Source: a virus. Taken from it: 64,000 nucleotides of DNA. Below the pieces are notes generated by a model. That model worked only from the letters and a program-made list of their open reading frames with translations, was not told the DNA's origin and did not search any database. The position numbers and the translations under genes are program-made. Position 1 is the stretch's first letter; the number at the start of each line of letters is the position of its first letter. The DNA lies in the IMG/VR virus record IMGVR_UViG_3300030117_001886, positions 16,251 through 80,250 of that record. One strand, given 5' to 3'. This document shows positions 45,929 through 56,769 of the stretch, one piece after another.

Positions 45929-48900
45929 TGAAAAGATTAAAAGGTTTAAGTAGAGATGCGAATCCAATAGATCAGCCTGTTGGAAGTTATAGATATGCTA
46001 AGAACATGGTTCTTGACATGGCTAAAAACGCTATTGTATCCGAGTCAGGAGATATTACAGTATCTGAATTAGGACAAAATGCAAATGCAAGTATTATTGG
46101 TTTTTGTGTGTTAGATTCTACAGAGATAGTTATATTCTTAGTAACGTCATTTGGTGATTCTCAGATTGGGGTTGTAAATACTGACACTGGAAATCATAGT
46201 GTAATATTTAATGATAGCGCATGTACTGAAAAGTTAAATTTTAATTTAAATCACCCGATAGAAGCTGAATATAAAATTAATGCTACTGACAATACTAGTG
46301 TATATTTTACAGATGATTTTAATCCACCAAGATTTATTAACCTTAACGAGCCTCCTATAGCAACTCCGAGTTTAAATATAGAGGTTGCATTCAATCTATT
46401 TCCAATTATTGAAAAATACCCTAAAGCAACTTTAGTAGAAGTTACTAATGGAGGTACTCTTAATGTTGGTACATATTGGATGACTTGCCAGTTGGTGTCA
46501 AGAGATGGAGCTACTACAAATGTTTTAGATGTTACTAGGCCTATATACATTGGTCCAAATCCAGAGCCTCTAGCGCATCAACCTTTTGGTATTGGAGAAG
46601 CTTATGACAATGTAGATTTTCAAGGGGCAGATGCCGGTCAAACTAGTGGTAAAAAAATAATTGTAAATTTTGATAATTTAGATGATAGTTATACGTCTAT
46701 ACGTCCTATTGTTATAGCTCAGGTAGCAGGAGTTAGATCTGCTATAACTCTACCAGATCGCCCTTTATCACCAGGACAAACTGATATAACAATTCCATAT
46801 ACAGGATACGAAAGTTCTGCAACTTTTAATTTAGCTGAGATACAAGTAGGTAGAGCAAGTTATGAAAAAGCAAAAACTATTGCGCAGGTAGACGATGTAT
46901 TATATTTAGGAAATCTTGTAAGAACTAAAGTAGATTTAGGTTATCAAAAACATGCTAATAATATAAAAATAAGATCTAAACAACTAGATCCAAATGGAGG
47001 TGCAAATGATGTTATAGCAAATAATGTTAATGCAGCGTTTGGTATTAATCCACCCCTACATGCTGGTTCTGGTACTTTAAGTATATTTCATAATAATATT
47101 AACAGATCTACTCCAAATAACATAGCATTTGGTAGAAGTGCTTATGATAATTACTATTTTAAAGGTTATCAAAGAGATGAAACATATGCTTTTTATATAA
47201 CATGGATATTAAAAGATGGTACTGAATCTGTAGCATATCACATACCAGGCAGAGAAGCGGTTACACCTACTTTATCTGTAGAAGGAGGATATAAAGAAAC
47301 AGAAGATTATATTACAGGCGGGTTAGGAAATCCAGGACCAGCAGATCTTGATACAATGATGGGGCCGGTAGGGCCTGTTGCTGCTTCAGGTATAACTCCA
47401 AAACTTTTTCATTTAACAACATCTGGTTTTGATAAGACAGGAGGATTTAATATGGGTTTTTGGCAAAATGAAAATGAAACCTATCCAACTGCTGCAGAAG
47501 ATGTTAATGGAGATTTTGTAGGACTGCATGGACAAAAGGTTAGGCATCATCATTTTCCAGCTGAAAGTCAAATTGATAATTCAAACCAACAAATTAATGG
47601 GGTCAATGGATCTCAAATAAGTGCCCATGCTGGAGCTAATTTTAATTCAAGAGGAGGAGGAATGATATGGGATGGTGGATATTCAGGACAAGGTACTAAT
47701 TGTAGATTTAATCCTTTAGGATTTTATGCTACTGATATAGCATATCCTCAAGAACTTATTGATGCAGGAGTGTTAGGATATAAAATATACTATGCAAAAA
47801 GAGATTCTTCTAATGCTACTGTAATTGATTCAGGATTAGTTCATAATATACATGGAGCTGGTTCGGTTATATCTAATGCAGATGTAGCGCATACTTGGGT
47901 TTTAGGACAGTATGAAGAGTTTAATGATCCTGTTTTTCCTAGACGAAAGTTTGCTTTTGATGGGTATCACAGTTTAATAACTGGAGATAGTTTAGAAAGT
48001 GTTAATATGTTTAAGCAAACAAGATACTGTTGGCTAGGCATAGCTACAGGAGATCCTGCTGCTTCAACAGGAATTGATTTTTGGTTTACAGGTGTAAGTT
48101 CTATTGGAACAGATAGTAATGGTGATGATGTGCGGGGGAATAGAAGTAATAGATGGTTTGTAGATTGGACTAGGCAAAGACCTTCTACAGCAGGTAGTAG
48201 AAGTCCAATAGGTGCTCACTGGGGACATCAATCAGGTGGTTCTCAATTTGGAAATCCGTTAGGTAATGGTAACTGGGGATCACAGGCAAGTAGCGGAGCA
48301 GATATATTTCCCTATATGCCTATAGAAAAAATTTCTTATTTAAGAGCTGGTGCTGCTGATACTACATTATTTTCAGGGATTACTCTTGATAATACTGAGG
48401 GTACTCAAACTATTGCCTTTAAACTGTCAGACGGCTTTAGGATGCAGGGTTATTTTGCAACTAATGGAGGTGACATTAACGCACAGGGTTGGGGTCAAAT
48501 GTGGTTTGCACTGTTTAATATGGGATTATCGCAGACAGGAGTCGCAAACATACTTACATTTCAAACTTTGCAATCAGGAGATTTTGATGAACCTTATCAT
48601 AATAGTCCTGGTGGTACAACTAGTTCCGGACCTGGTCAGTCAGTTAGTTCTGGGGTATTAATGCCAACTACATCGTCTGCTCAAATTAATAGTTCACAGG
48701 CAGGTATATTTGGTAATCTTTATTCTGTTAGATCTGATATATATACTAGTTATAAAGACCAAAATTCTTTAGTATATACAGGACATTTTGTACCTACTCA
48801 TACAATTAACACTCCTACTGTAATACATTCAACTTTTGGTCAAACTCAACACACTTTTACTCCTGCTAATGATGCAGATTTAGGAGTGCCTCCAGAAGTT

Positions 48901-50727
48901 ATAATGGGAGGAGATACCTTTTTAGGAACAGTAGCTATAACAAAATTAAAAAGAGTTAGACCAGAACAGGCCCCTCAATCCAACGTTTCTGATCACGGAC
49001 CTAGTAGATCTACTCAAGCATTTTACACAGGAACTCCTGGTAGTGGTGATTTTTATGATGATAGTTGTACACATTTATTCCCAACTGAAAGTAGATCTCA
49101 TCCAGGTTTAAGACAGCAGCAAAATGATAATGAAAGATCACAATTTTTTCCTAAAACAGAGAGAAATAACCCAGCTATAATAGCTAATGATTACTATCAA
49201 AGAGAGTATGATTTTAATGATGACTTTAATGCTAAGAATACAGTTAGAATAGTTATACCATTTAATAATGCTGATACTTCTCAAGCAATTGATGATTATC
49301 CTACTAGAATTATTAGAAGTATAAGGTTTAATCAATCAGGTATTACAGATAATTTTAGAGTATTTTTACCATCACAATATAGAGATTTACCAAGACATCG
49401 TGGTGAGTTATGGAGATTAGAGGCAATGAAGTCTTTACTTATACCTCACATGGAAAAAGCATTGATGATAACAAGAGGTAAAGAAGAGTTAGCGGTTGGA
49501 GCAGCGGCGGCAGCCTTAGGTAGTGGTGATTTATTTGAAAGAGATCCTACAGAAGTTTTAACTACTGAAAGAGGTGAAGGTGGCACTCAGTCACAGTTTG
49601 CAGGTATAGTTACTAGACACGGTTACTTTTTTGTAGATGTAGAATCTAGAAAAGTATTTATGTTTGGAGAAACTTTAGAAGAAATATCTGATTACGGTAT
49701 GAGTGATTGGTTTAGAGAAAACTTAAAACATCCTTTGGCAGAGCACGCTGAAAGATATAATTTAGATATTCCTACAGCAGGGTCAGGTGCTACTGCTGGA
49801 TATGACCCTGTGTTAGATAGAATACTTCTTACATTTAGAAGTGTTGGTGTTACAGAAACTTTTAAAGCAAATATTTTTAATAACTCATATAGTGGTGCAA
49901 CCCCAGGGGATGGTGATATTATTTGGGATACTGACAATCAGCAGTTTGCTCTAAGAGTTTTAGCGTATCAGACTTTTGTAGATAATTTAATTCCATGGAG
50001 TGATGATACGTATTTTACTTATCAAAGTTGGACTATTTCATACTATCCTGCACTTAAAGCGTGGGGATCTTTTCATGACTATGCTCCTTTATTTTATCCG
50101 TATACATCTACAAGCTTATTTAAACTTACTACAAACAATGCTGATCATGTTTCAAGAGTATATACTTCAGATCCGTCAGCAACTCCTGGTAAATTTTTAA
50201 ATGATACTGCAACTAATAACATAGAGTTTGAGTATATTGATAATATAGAATCTTCTACAAATAAACTTTATAGTTCAATAAATTGGACTGTAGATGTAAG
50301 TAATCCTGGAACAAATGTTTTAAATCAAACTAATTCAGGATTTACTCATACTTTTGTTTATAATACACATCAAATGTCTCAAGAGGTAGCTTTAGTTGAA
50401 CAAAACACTGGTAATCAAAATACTACCTCCAATTGTAGAAGATTAGAAAGAGGGTGGTATTTTAATAACTTTAGAGATGATTCATTATTAGCACCATCAA
50501 ATAGTGGTGGTATAACAGCTTCTGATTCTATCTCAATGTTTACAGAAACTGGTATGAATATAATTCAAAATACTGCTTATTTAAATCCTAATAAAGCATT
50601 TCATGAAAGAAAAAAGTTTGTAGATAAATATTTAGGTGTCCGTTTACTAGATAAAACTAGCATTAGTAATAGAAAAGTTATATCTTTGTATCTTTCGGAT
50701 ACCTCTAAAAGAAAATTTTATAGATAA
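45928..50727 (+). CDS. Tail stabilisation/muzzle protein (P22 gp10-like)
   Basis: 1599 aa; 'YRYAKN', 'YFTDDFNPPRFIN', 'WTISY...WGSFHDY'; position before the cargo genes. Confidence 0.75.
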   Translation: MKRLKGLSRDANPIDQPVGSYRYAKNMVLDMAKNAIVSESGDITVSELGQNANASIIGFCVLDSTEIVIFLVTSFGDSQIGVVNTDTGNHSVIFNDSACTEKLNFNLNHPIEAEYKINATDNTSVYFTDDFNPPRFINLNEPPIATPSLNIEVAFNLFPIIEKYPKATLVEVTNGGTLNVGTYWMTCQLVSRDGATTNVLDVTRPIYIGPNPEPLAHQPFGIGEAYDNVDFQGADAGQTSGKKIIVNFDNLDDSYTSIRPIVIAQVAGVRSAITLPDRPLSPGQTDITIPYTGYESSATFNLAEIQVGRASYEKAKTIAQVDDVLYLGNLVRTKVDLGYQKHANNIKIRSKQLDPNGGANDVIANNVNAAFGINPPLHAGSGTLSIFHNNINRSTPNNIAFGRSAYDNYYFKGYQRDETYAFYITWILKDGTESVAYHIPGREAVTPTLSVEGGYKETEDYITGGLGNPGPADLDTMMGPVGPVAASGITPKLFHLTTSGFDKTGGFNMGFWQNENETYPTAAEDVNGDFVGLHGQKVRHHHFPAESQIDNSNQQINGVNGSQISAHAGANFNSRGGGMIWDGGYSGQGTNCRFNPLGFYATDIAYPQELIDAGVLGYKIYYAKRDSSNATVIDSGLVHNIHGAGSVISNADVAHTWVLGQYEEFNDPVFPRRKFAFDGYHSLITGDSLESVNMFKQTRYCWLGIATGDPAASTGIDFWFTGVSSIGTDSNGDDVRGNRSNRWFVDWTRQRPSTAGSRSPIGAHWGHQSGGSQFGNPLGNGNWGSQASSGADIFPYMPIEKISYLRAGAADTTLFSGITLDNTEGTQTIAFKLSDGFRMQGYFATNGGDINAQGWGQMWFALFNMGLSQTGVANILTFQTLQSGDFDEPYHNSPGGTTSSGPGQSVSSGVLMPTTSSAQINSSQAGIFGNLYSVRSDIYTSYKDQNSLVYTGHFVPTHTINTPTVIHSTFGQTQHTFTPANDADLGVPPEVIMGGDTFLGTVAITKLKRVRPEQAPQSNVSDHGPSRSTQAFYTGTPGSGDFYDDSCTHLFPTESRSHPGLRQQQNDNERSQFFPKTERNNPAIIANDYYQREYDFNDDFNAKNTVRIVIPFNNADTSQAIDDYPTRIIRSIRFNQSGITDNFRVFLPSQYRDLPRHRGELWRLEAMKSLLIPHMEKALMITRGKEELAVGAAAAALGSGDLFERDPTEVLTTERGEGGTQSQFAGIVTRHGYFFVDVESRKVFMFGETLEEISDYGMSDWFRENLKHPLAEHAERYNLDIPTAGSGATAGYDPVLDRILLTFRSVGVTETFKANIFNNSYSGATPGDGDIIWDTDNQQFALRVLAYQTFVDNLIPWSDDTYFTYQSWTISYYPALKAWGSFHDYAPLFYPYTSTSLFKLTTNNADHVSRVYTSDPSATPGKFLNDTATNNIEFEYIDNIESSTNKLYSSINWTVDVSNPGTNVLNQTNSGFTHTFVYNTHQMSQEVALVEQNTGNQNTTSNCRRLERGWYFNNFRDDSLLAPSNSGGITASDSISMFTETGMNIIQNTAYLNPNKAFHERKKFVDKYLGVRLLDKTSISNRKVISLYLSDTSKRKFYR

Positions 50728-53700
50728 TGGCAAAATCAAGAGCACAGCAAGCAGCAATAGCAATCTCTATGAAGAAGAGAGGTAAGAAACCTAAGAAGTT
50801 AAGAAAGGGTGGATTTGATCTACTTAAAAAATATCAACCAGGAGGGTTTAGTAATTTTGGACAAATAGAATATGGTCCTAATATATTACAAGTACCTGGA
50901 GCGGATGCTGATGCTCAAAAATATTTACAACTAACTACCGCAAACTTTCAACAAGGAGTAGAGAATAGAGAAAATCAATTACTTGCTACACAGCAATATT
51001 ATCAGCAATTAGCAGATGCTGAAGCTAATCAGAATATTCAATCAGGTACTGCACAACTTCTTAATAAATTTAGAACAGCAGAGGGAAAAGGATTTGGAGA
51101 TAAAGCAAAAGATTTATTTACAAATACTTTTGACGCTGCTAGATTTGCAGAATCTATTAATCCTACGATTGAATTGGGTGGACAGATGACGACTGCATTT
51201 GATACAAGTCTGGGAGCTGTCCCCAAAGGAACACAGGCGATACAGATGGCTGATGGTGCTTATGCAAGCTTACCTGCGGGAGAAGCTGCACCACAAGGTG
51301 CTACTGTTTTAGGAACCGCACCTAGCGCTGCTACTCAGGCTGCATCAAATTTTGCGACTAATACAGCTGTAGGTAGTACAACAGCTAGCGTTGGAGGTGC
51401 CGTGGCACCATATGCGTTGCCTGCATATATTTTAGGAGAGGGTATAGGTATGATGGCAGATGATGACGATCCAACTACTTGGACAGGTGGAGAAATTGCT
51501 GGAGACGTTCTTTCTACGGCAGGTAAAAGAGTTGGGCAAGGAGCCTTAATAGGGTCTGTTGCAGGACCTCCTGGACAGGCACTTGGAGCTGGTGTAGGAC
51601 TTGTAGCGGGTACAATAGAAAGTATAATAAGAGGCCTTACTGGTAGAAAGAGGGCAAGAGATGCAGAAGAGGATAGGAGAGAGGAGGAATTGAGATTGTA
51701 CAACGAGTATTTAGCAAATCGTAGATCTCAAATGAGAAGTATGGCTTCTGACTATTTACAACAAGGTACAATGTATAGAGGAAAAATGGGTGGTATTAAA
51801 CCTATGAACAATCAGGGAGATTTGGTGGTATATGGACCTACACACGAACAGGGTGGTGTAATGAGAGATTCTACAACTGAGTTAGAGGGTGGTGGTATGA
51901 AAGGCGGTGTAGCTTTACCTGGCGAGGTTATAACAAACGTAAAAGATAATAAGGGTAATACAAGAGAGTATTACTTTTCTGATCATTTAAAGAATCCTAG
52001 TACAGGCAATACATTTGCTGAAGACTACAGAAAATCAGGAGGTATGAATTACAATGCAAAACAAATGTTTGCTAAACTACAAGAGCAAGTAGCTGGCAAA
52101 AACGATAAAGATAGAAGTGCACAAACTATAGCAGAGGATGGAGGTTTCGGTATGATGTTACCTACCATGCCATCAGATACTATACAAGGTATAAGCATGG
52201 ATCAAAATGCAGCTAAGCTTAAGTTTGAAAGAAATCTTAAAAGAAAGGGGATAAATCCATTTTCTCCTAATATCAAACGAAACACACAGGTATTAAAAAA
52301 TAATGAAGGTAATTTTATATATAGATATATAACTCCTTCTACTGATAATATGAGAGATGGGGGTATGGGTGAAAGATTAGAAGATATAGCTGGACAGCTA
52401 ACAAAGGCATCTAAGATGCATGCAGGACAATCTAAGAAGATTGGATCTATGGCAAAACAAATTATGAAAAAAGCAAAAAAAGGTGGGTATAAAATGTACC
52501 AAGATGGTGGTGAGGATGATGTTGTATCAGGCATGGTAACTTTACCTGAGGTTACTGTTACAGATAGAAGAACTCGTTCTGAACTAGAAAAATTGTTAAA
52601 CATAGAAGGATTAAAAAGAGAGTTAGAATTTTTTAATGAAGGTGTATTAGGAAGAACTCCGTTAAAAGGAGAAACAGGTGCAGAGACTGTTATGAACATT
52701 GCTAGTATGACTCCTTTAGGTATGGGTAGACTTGGCGTATTAAAGACTGTTAAAGGTTTAAAAGATGTAGCAACTAAAACTCCAAAGGTTATAAAAGAAT
52801 TTTTTAGAAAAAAGAAACCATTTCCACAAGGAACAATGGATATACCTCTTCCAGGAGGTGGTGTAATTAAACAACCTAGTTTATTACCGGCTACTGTAAA
52901 GAAAAATAAATCAGCAAAAGAAATATTAGATAACATAAGAAAGTTTACTAAAGAAAATAAAAGTATTATTGGAAGAACTGCTACTGGTTTAGGAGTTGCA
53001 GGTGGAGGATCAGCTTTACTCACTGACTCAGAGCCAAGCATGGAAGTAAAAACTATGGAGGAATTAAATAAAGAATTGCTAAACCGAGTACAGACTGAAA
53101 TACCTACTAAAAGAGATACATCTGATTTATCAAGTGCTCAAGAATATATAATGAAAAGTTTACGAACTGGTGAAATGACTTATCCTGAAGTATCTAATAT
53201 GACGGATAATCCATTATTATTACAATCAGTTATAGACAGTGTAAAAGAAGTACAAGGAAAGGAACATGGCGGTTTTCATCCTCCTAGAAAACCTAAAGTT
53301 GGATTCTTTACGTTAGAAAATCAGCCTTCAAGATTTGATAGAAGTATGGAAGCTACTATGTTTAGAAATGCTCTTAATTCGTATAACAGAGCTCTTGGGG
53401 CTATGCAGACTACTGAGGATAGTTTAATTAATCCTATTACAACTCCTGCAACACCTACTCCAGATTTATCTTTACCATCTCAGGATACATTGCCTACTAT
53501 GCCTACTGAAATGGTTCAGCCTACGATTGGAATGCGTACTACTGAACAAGCTGAAGATTTAACTGCAGTAAAAGCACTAACCGCTGATCAGGTTGCAGAA
53601 ATGACTGATGAGCAGCTAGATGCGTATATGAATACTTTTGCTTTAGATCCTAATGTTGTAAAGGTTGGTGAGGTAGATGTAGTAGACGAAAGTGAGGAAA

Positions 53701-54791
53701 CTCGTAAAGCAAGAGAAGCTGTAGAAACAAGCAGGAAACGTGGCGCACCAACTACTGTTTTACCTATACAGGGACTAATACCGACAGAGAGTAGATTGGG
53801 AGCATATATTTCTCCAAATAATTTTATAGATGACTTTACTAAATTATCTCCTTTACTGGCTACAGGACCTGATGGATCTTTCCCCCCGGATTTTGGACCT
53901 AATTTAGATCCTGACGCAGAGAGAAAAATGCAGTTATACATGAAAGAAAACATGAATCCTGAACGATTTGAGCCAAGAACACAAAGTCGACAGTTGTTAA
54001 CAGCATCACTTGTAGATACAGATACAGATCCTAAACTGGATATTAATACTCTTGTTGATCCGAAAACAACTGTAATGGCTGACTTGAAGAATCAGTTAAA
54101 CATAAAGGATGATGATACAGATACAGATCCTGAAAAGAAAGGAGGAGATGGTTTTAATGTAAAAAACTTATTGTCTAAGGTAGGTCTAGATAAAGTAAAA
54201 CCTAGAGATGTATTAGGAGTTGCAGCAGCAGGTTTAGGATTTGCAAAAGCAAATAAACTTGCTAAAGAAATGGGAGAGTTGGAGTTAAAGATAAAAGGTG
54301 ATATTGGTGTAGACAACATACCTAAACAAAAAGTATCTATGGAAGCTGAGAAAGTTAAGTTACAACAAGATACTAATGCTTTAGTACAATCTATGACAGA
54401 GCAAGGTAAGAGTACTGCTGAGATAGCTGCTATTAGAGCTCAAGGTGATGAGGCAATTAGAAAAATAGGACAGACAGAGAAGAACATGCAATCGCAGTTA
54501 GATCTTAAAACTGATGCATTGAATGCTACTAATAAGTTCAAGAAGGATGCTGCTAATAAAAATATAGAATTAAGCAAAGCCTTAGCTGATTTAGATATAT
54601 CTGCAGCAGAGAAAAGAAATAGAATGAATATTTGGAACAAGCTTACTAATGAAGTAATAGGTATGAGCTTAGACAGAGCTAAATTGAAGTCAGTAGAAAA
54701 ACAAATGGATGCTCTTGCTGACTCGTTAGCAAAAGGTAATGAAGCTATGACAAAAACTTTGATGGAAGAGATAAAAAAATTAACGACATAA
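50727..54791 (+). CDS. Virion cargo/ejection protein 1 (TM segments, xxGG-delimited modules)
   Basis: Gly/Ala-rich hydrophobic segments, 'GPTHEQGGV...LEGG' module, multiple xxGG motifs. Confidence 0.6.
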   Translation: MAKSRAQQAAIAISMKKRGKKPKKLRKGGFDLLKKYQPGGFSNFGQIEYGPNILQVPGADADAQKYLQLTTANFQQGVENRENQLLATQQYYQQLADAEANQNIQSGTAQLLNKFRTAEGKGFGDKAKDLFTNTFDAARFAESINPTIELGGQMTTAFDTSLGAVPKGTQAIQMADGAYASLPAGEAAPQGATVLGTAPSAATQAASNFATNTAVGSTTASVGGAVAPYALPAYILGEGIGMMADDDDPTTWTGGEIAGDVLSTAGKRVGQGALIGSVAGPPGQALGAGVGLVAGTIESIIRGLTGRKRARDAEEDRREEELRLYNEYLANRRSQMRSMASDYLQQGTMYRGKMGGIKPMNNQGDLVVYGPTHEQGGVMRDSTTELEGGGMKGGVALPGEVITNVKDNKGNTREYYFSDHLKNPSTGNTFAEDYRKSGGMNYNAKQMFAKLQEQVAGKNDKDRSAQTIAEDGGFGMMLPTMPSDTIQGISMDQNAAKLKFERNLKRKGINPFSPNIKRNTQVLKNNEGNFIYRYITPSTDNMRDGGMGERLEDIAGQLTKASKMHAGQSKKIGSMAKQIMKKAKKGGYKMYQDGGEDDVVSGMVTLPEVTVTDRRTRSELEKLLNIEGLKRELEFFNEGVLGRTPLKGETGAETVMNIASMTPLGMGRLGVLKTVKGLKDVATKTPKVIKEFFRKKKPFPQGTMDIPLPGGGVIKQPSLLPATVKKNKSAKEILDNIRKFTKENKSIIGRTATGLGVAGGGSALLTDSEPSMEVKTMEELNKELLNRVQTEIPTKRDTSDLSSAQEYIMKSLRTGEMTYPEVSNMTDNPLLLQSVIDSVKEVQGKEHGGFHPPRKPKVGFFTLENQPSRFDRSMEATMFRNALNSYNRALGAMQTTEDSLINPITTPATPTPDLSLPSQDTLPTMPTEMVQPTIGMRTTEQAEDLTAVKALTADQVAEMTDEQLDAYMNTFALDPNVVKVGEVDVVDESEETRKAREAVETSRKRGAPTTVLPIQGLIPTESRLGAYISPNNFIDDFTKLSPLLATGPDGSFPPDFGPNLDPDAERKMQLYMKENMNPERFEPRTQSRQLLTASLVDTDTDPKLDINTLVDPKTTVMADLKNQLNIKDDDTDTDPEKKGGDGFNVKNLLSKVGLDKVKPRDVLGVAAAGLGFAKANKLAKEMGELELKIKGDIGVDNIPKQKVSMEAEKVKLQQDTNALVQSMTEQGKSTAEIAAIRAQGDEAIRKIGQTEKNMQSQLDLKTDALNATNKFKKDAANKNIELSKALADLDISAAEKRNRMNIWNKLTNEVIGMSLDRAKLKSVEKQMDALADSLAKGNEAMTKTLMEEIKKLTT

Positions 54792-54795
54792 AACT

Positions 54796-56751
54796 ATGGC
54801 ACAGGGAAAATATGATTTACCAATAGATGTAGAATATAAGTCTAGGTTCGTTGATCCTGGACTTGACACATTTAAGGAGGCTGCACTCAACTATAGAAAT
54901 AGATTTGATAAAAATCAACAGGCTACTAACACCATGCTAACGGCCTTAGCTAATGAACAGTTTATGCCTGGTGAGCAGGATGCTACACAGCAAGAGATGC
55001 AAGATAATATAAATAATATATTAGGAAATGTTGTTGAAACAGGAGCATATCACACAGCTGACTTAGCGGTAAACAATGCTTTAAGATACTATACAGCAGA
55101 CCCAAAGCTAGCAGTTAAAAGACAAAACTATAAAGAGTTCCAAAAGACTCAGCTAATGTATGATACATACGGAGCTAATAATATATACGATCCTCAAAAG
55201 AATATGTTACCTAACTTTCAATCTGTATCTACAGATGGAGAAGGGAAGACAGTTTACAATCGTTATGTAAACAAAGCTCAGAAGGTAGAAGATTATAATG
55301 CACAGATACAAGCACTAGTTGGCAACATAGCCTCAGATAAAACCTTTATAGCACAGTATGGTGTAGAGGGTATACCTATTCTACAAGATATATTAATGAC
55401 AGGTACATCAACCAGAGTAAGCGACGAGAAAGTAAATAATATAATCAATGATCTAATAGGAGCATATAAGATGACTCCTGCAGGTATACAACACTTTGAT
55501 AGATATAGAAACTCTGATCAGAATGAGTTTGGTCAGCCACTACAGACTGATAAGCAAGCTGATAAAGCTATATTTGATTACATGAAAGCTGTTACTAAGA
55601 ATCAAGTAAAAACAGATATTACATTAAATCAACCTACAACTACAAGTTTTTCTAGAACTGGCCCACAGTCATCAGACAAGACTTCATTAGACTTTGTAAC
55701 AAATGTATACAAGAATAATAAAGATATTATATCTATTAGTCCTAATTTACAAAAACAAGTTCTAGGCTATCAAGAGTCTGAGCAGTTTGAGAATGCATAT
55801 ACTACAAGTGTAGATAGAGTTATAGTAGACTTTGCATCTGCAAATCTATCAGAAAGTCAATTAAATACTATATTTGATGGAACTGGTTTTGAAAATTATG
55901 AGAATAAAGAAAAATTATTACAAACTTTAGACTCATTTGGATTTACAGCATCTGATGAGCAGATGGCATATACACTAAAACATTTAGGTATACAAGACAA
56001 TGCTCAAAACAGAAAAGCCTTAACGGCTGTATCAAATCAAATAACTGAGAGATTAGCTGCAGCTGAAATATCTAATATGGGTGGAGCATTAAATCAATCT
56101 TTCCAAAATGTTGTATTCCAACCAAATGGTAATGCAAAAGTTGTAGGTGGTATGTCTTATCCTATGGGAACTATGTACATACCTACAGATCAACTTGAAT
56201 CTATATTTGATACACCAGGATTACTTCAAAGTCCTCTAGGTTTATTAAGTTATGAAGATGCTCAAGTTGGAGGTAGAAAAGTATTTGCTGAGGGAGAAGT
56301 AACGGGTAAAGATGGTAAAAAATATTTAGTAATACCTAACGCACTTGGTAAACCTATTGACATGTCAGATCAAGGCAATCAAGAACTTCTTACTAAGAAT
56401 GCTTATAGCTTAAGCGATTCTGATCTTAGAGAAACTCAACAGCAGAGATCTACAGATAGGAATGCAGCTATTGGAGGTACTCTATCTGCTCCTCAAGTGG
56501 TTGGTCCTATAGATGAAGTACTATCTGCTTTACAAATATCTGAGCCTACTAGAAACGCATTATCTGAAATAGTTACACTAGCAATGAAAGAAGGTAATAG
56601 AGAATTACCACTTAAAGGAGGACAAACCATAGCTAAGGAATTTAATAGTCTAGTTACTCAGTTACTGCGTGACGCCCCTGACAGGTATCCTACTAGAGTA
56701 GATGCTGAGAGAGCAGCTCTTGTAATTTTTGAAAGTAGTTATTTACAATAA
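54796..56751 (+). CDS. Virion cargo/ejection protein 2
   Basis: 651 aa, helical, located between cargo genes. Confidence 0.5.
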   Translation: MAQGKYDLPIDVEYKSRFVDPGLDTFKEAALNYRNRFDKNQQATNTMLTALANEQFMPGEQDATQQEMQDNINNILGNVVETGAYHTADLAVNNALRYYTADPKLAVKRQNYKEFQKTQLMYDTYGANNIYDPQKNMLPNFQSVSTDGEGKTVYNRYVNKAQKVEDYNAQIQALVGNIASDKTFIAQYGVEGIPILQDILMTGTSTRVSDEKVNNIINDLIGAYKMTPAGIQHFDRYRNSDQNEFGQPLQTDKQADKAIFDYMKAVTKNQVKTDITLNQPTTTSFSRTGPQSSDKTSLDFVTNVYKNNKDIISISPNLQKQVLGYQESEQFENAYTTSVDRVIVDFASANLSESQLNTIFDGTGFENYENKEKLLQTLDSFGFTASDEQMAYTLKHLGIQDNAQNRKALTAVSNQITERLAAAEISNMGGALNQSFQNVVFQPNGNAKVVGGMSYPMGTMYIPTDQLESIFDTPGLLQSPLGLLSYEDAQVGGRKVFAEGEVTGKDGKKYLVIPNALGKPIDMSDQGNQELLTKNAYSLSDSDLRETQQQRSTDRNAAIGGTLSAPQVVGPIDEVLSALQISEPTRNALSEIVTLAMKEGNRELPLKGGQTIAKEFNSLVTQLLRDAPDRYPTRVDAERAALVIFESSYLQ

Positions 56752-56756
56752 TTTAT

Positions 56757-56764
56757 TATATTTG
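56757..56764 (+). promoter_or_regulatory. Bacteroidota -7 promoter element (TATATTTG)
   Basis: 5 nt upstream of ATG 56770. Confidence 0.55.
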
Positions 56765-56769
56765 CAAGA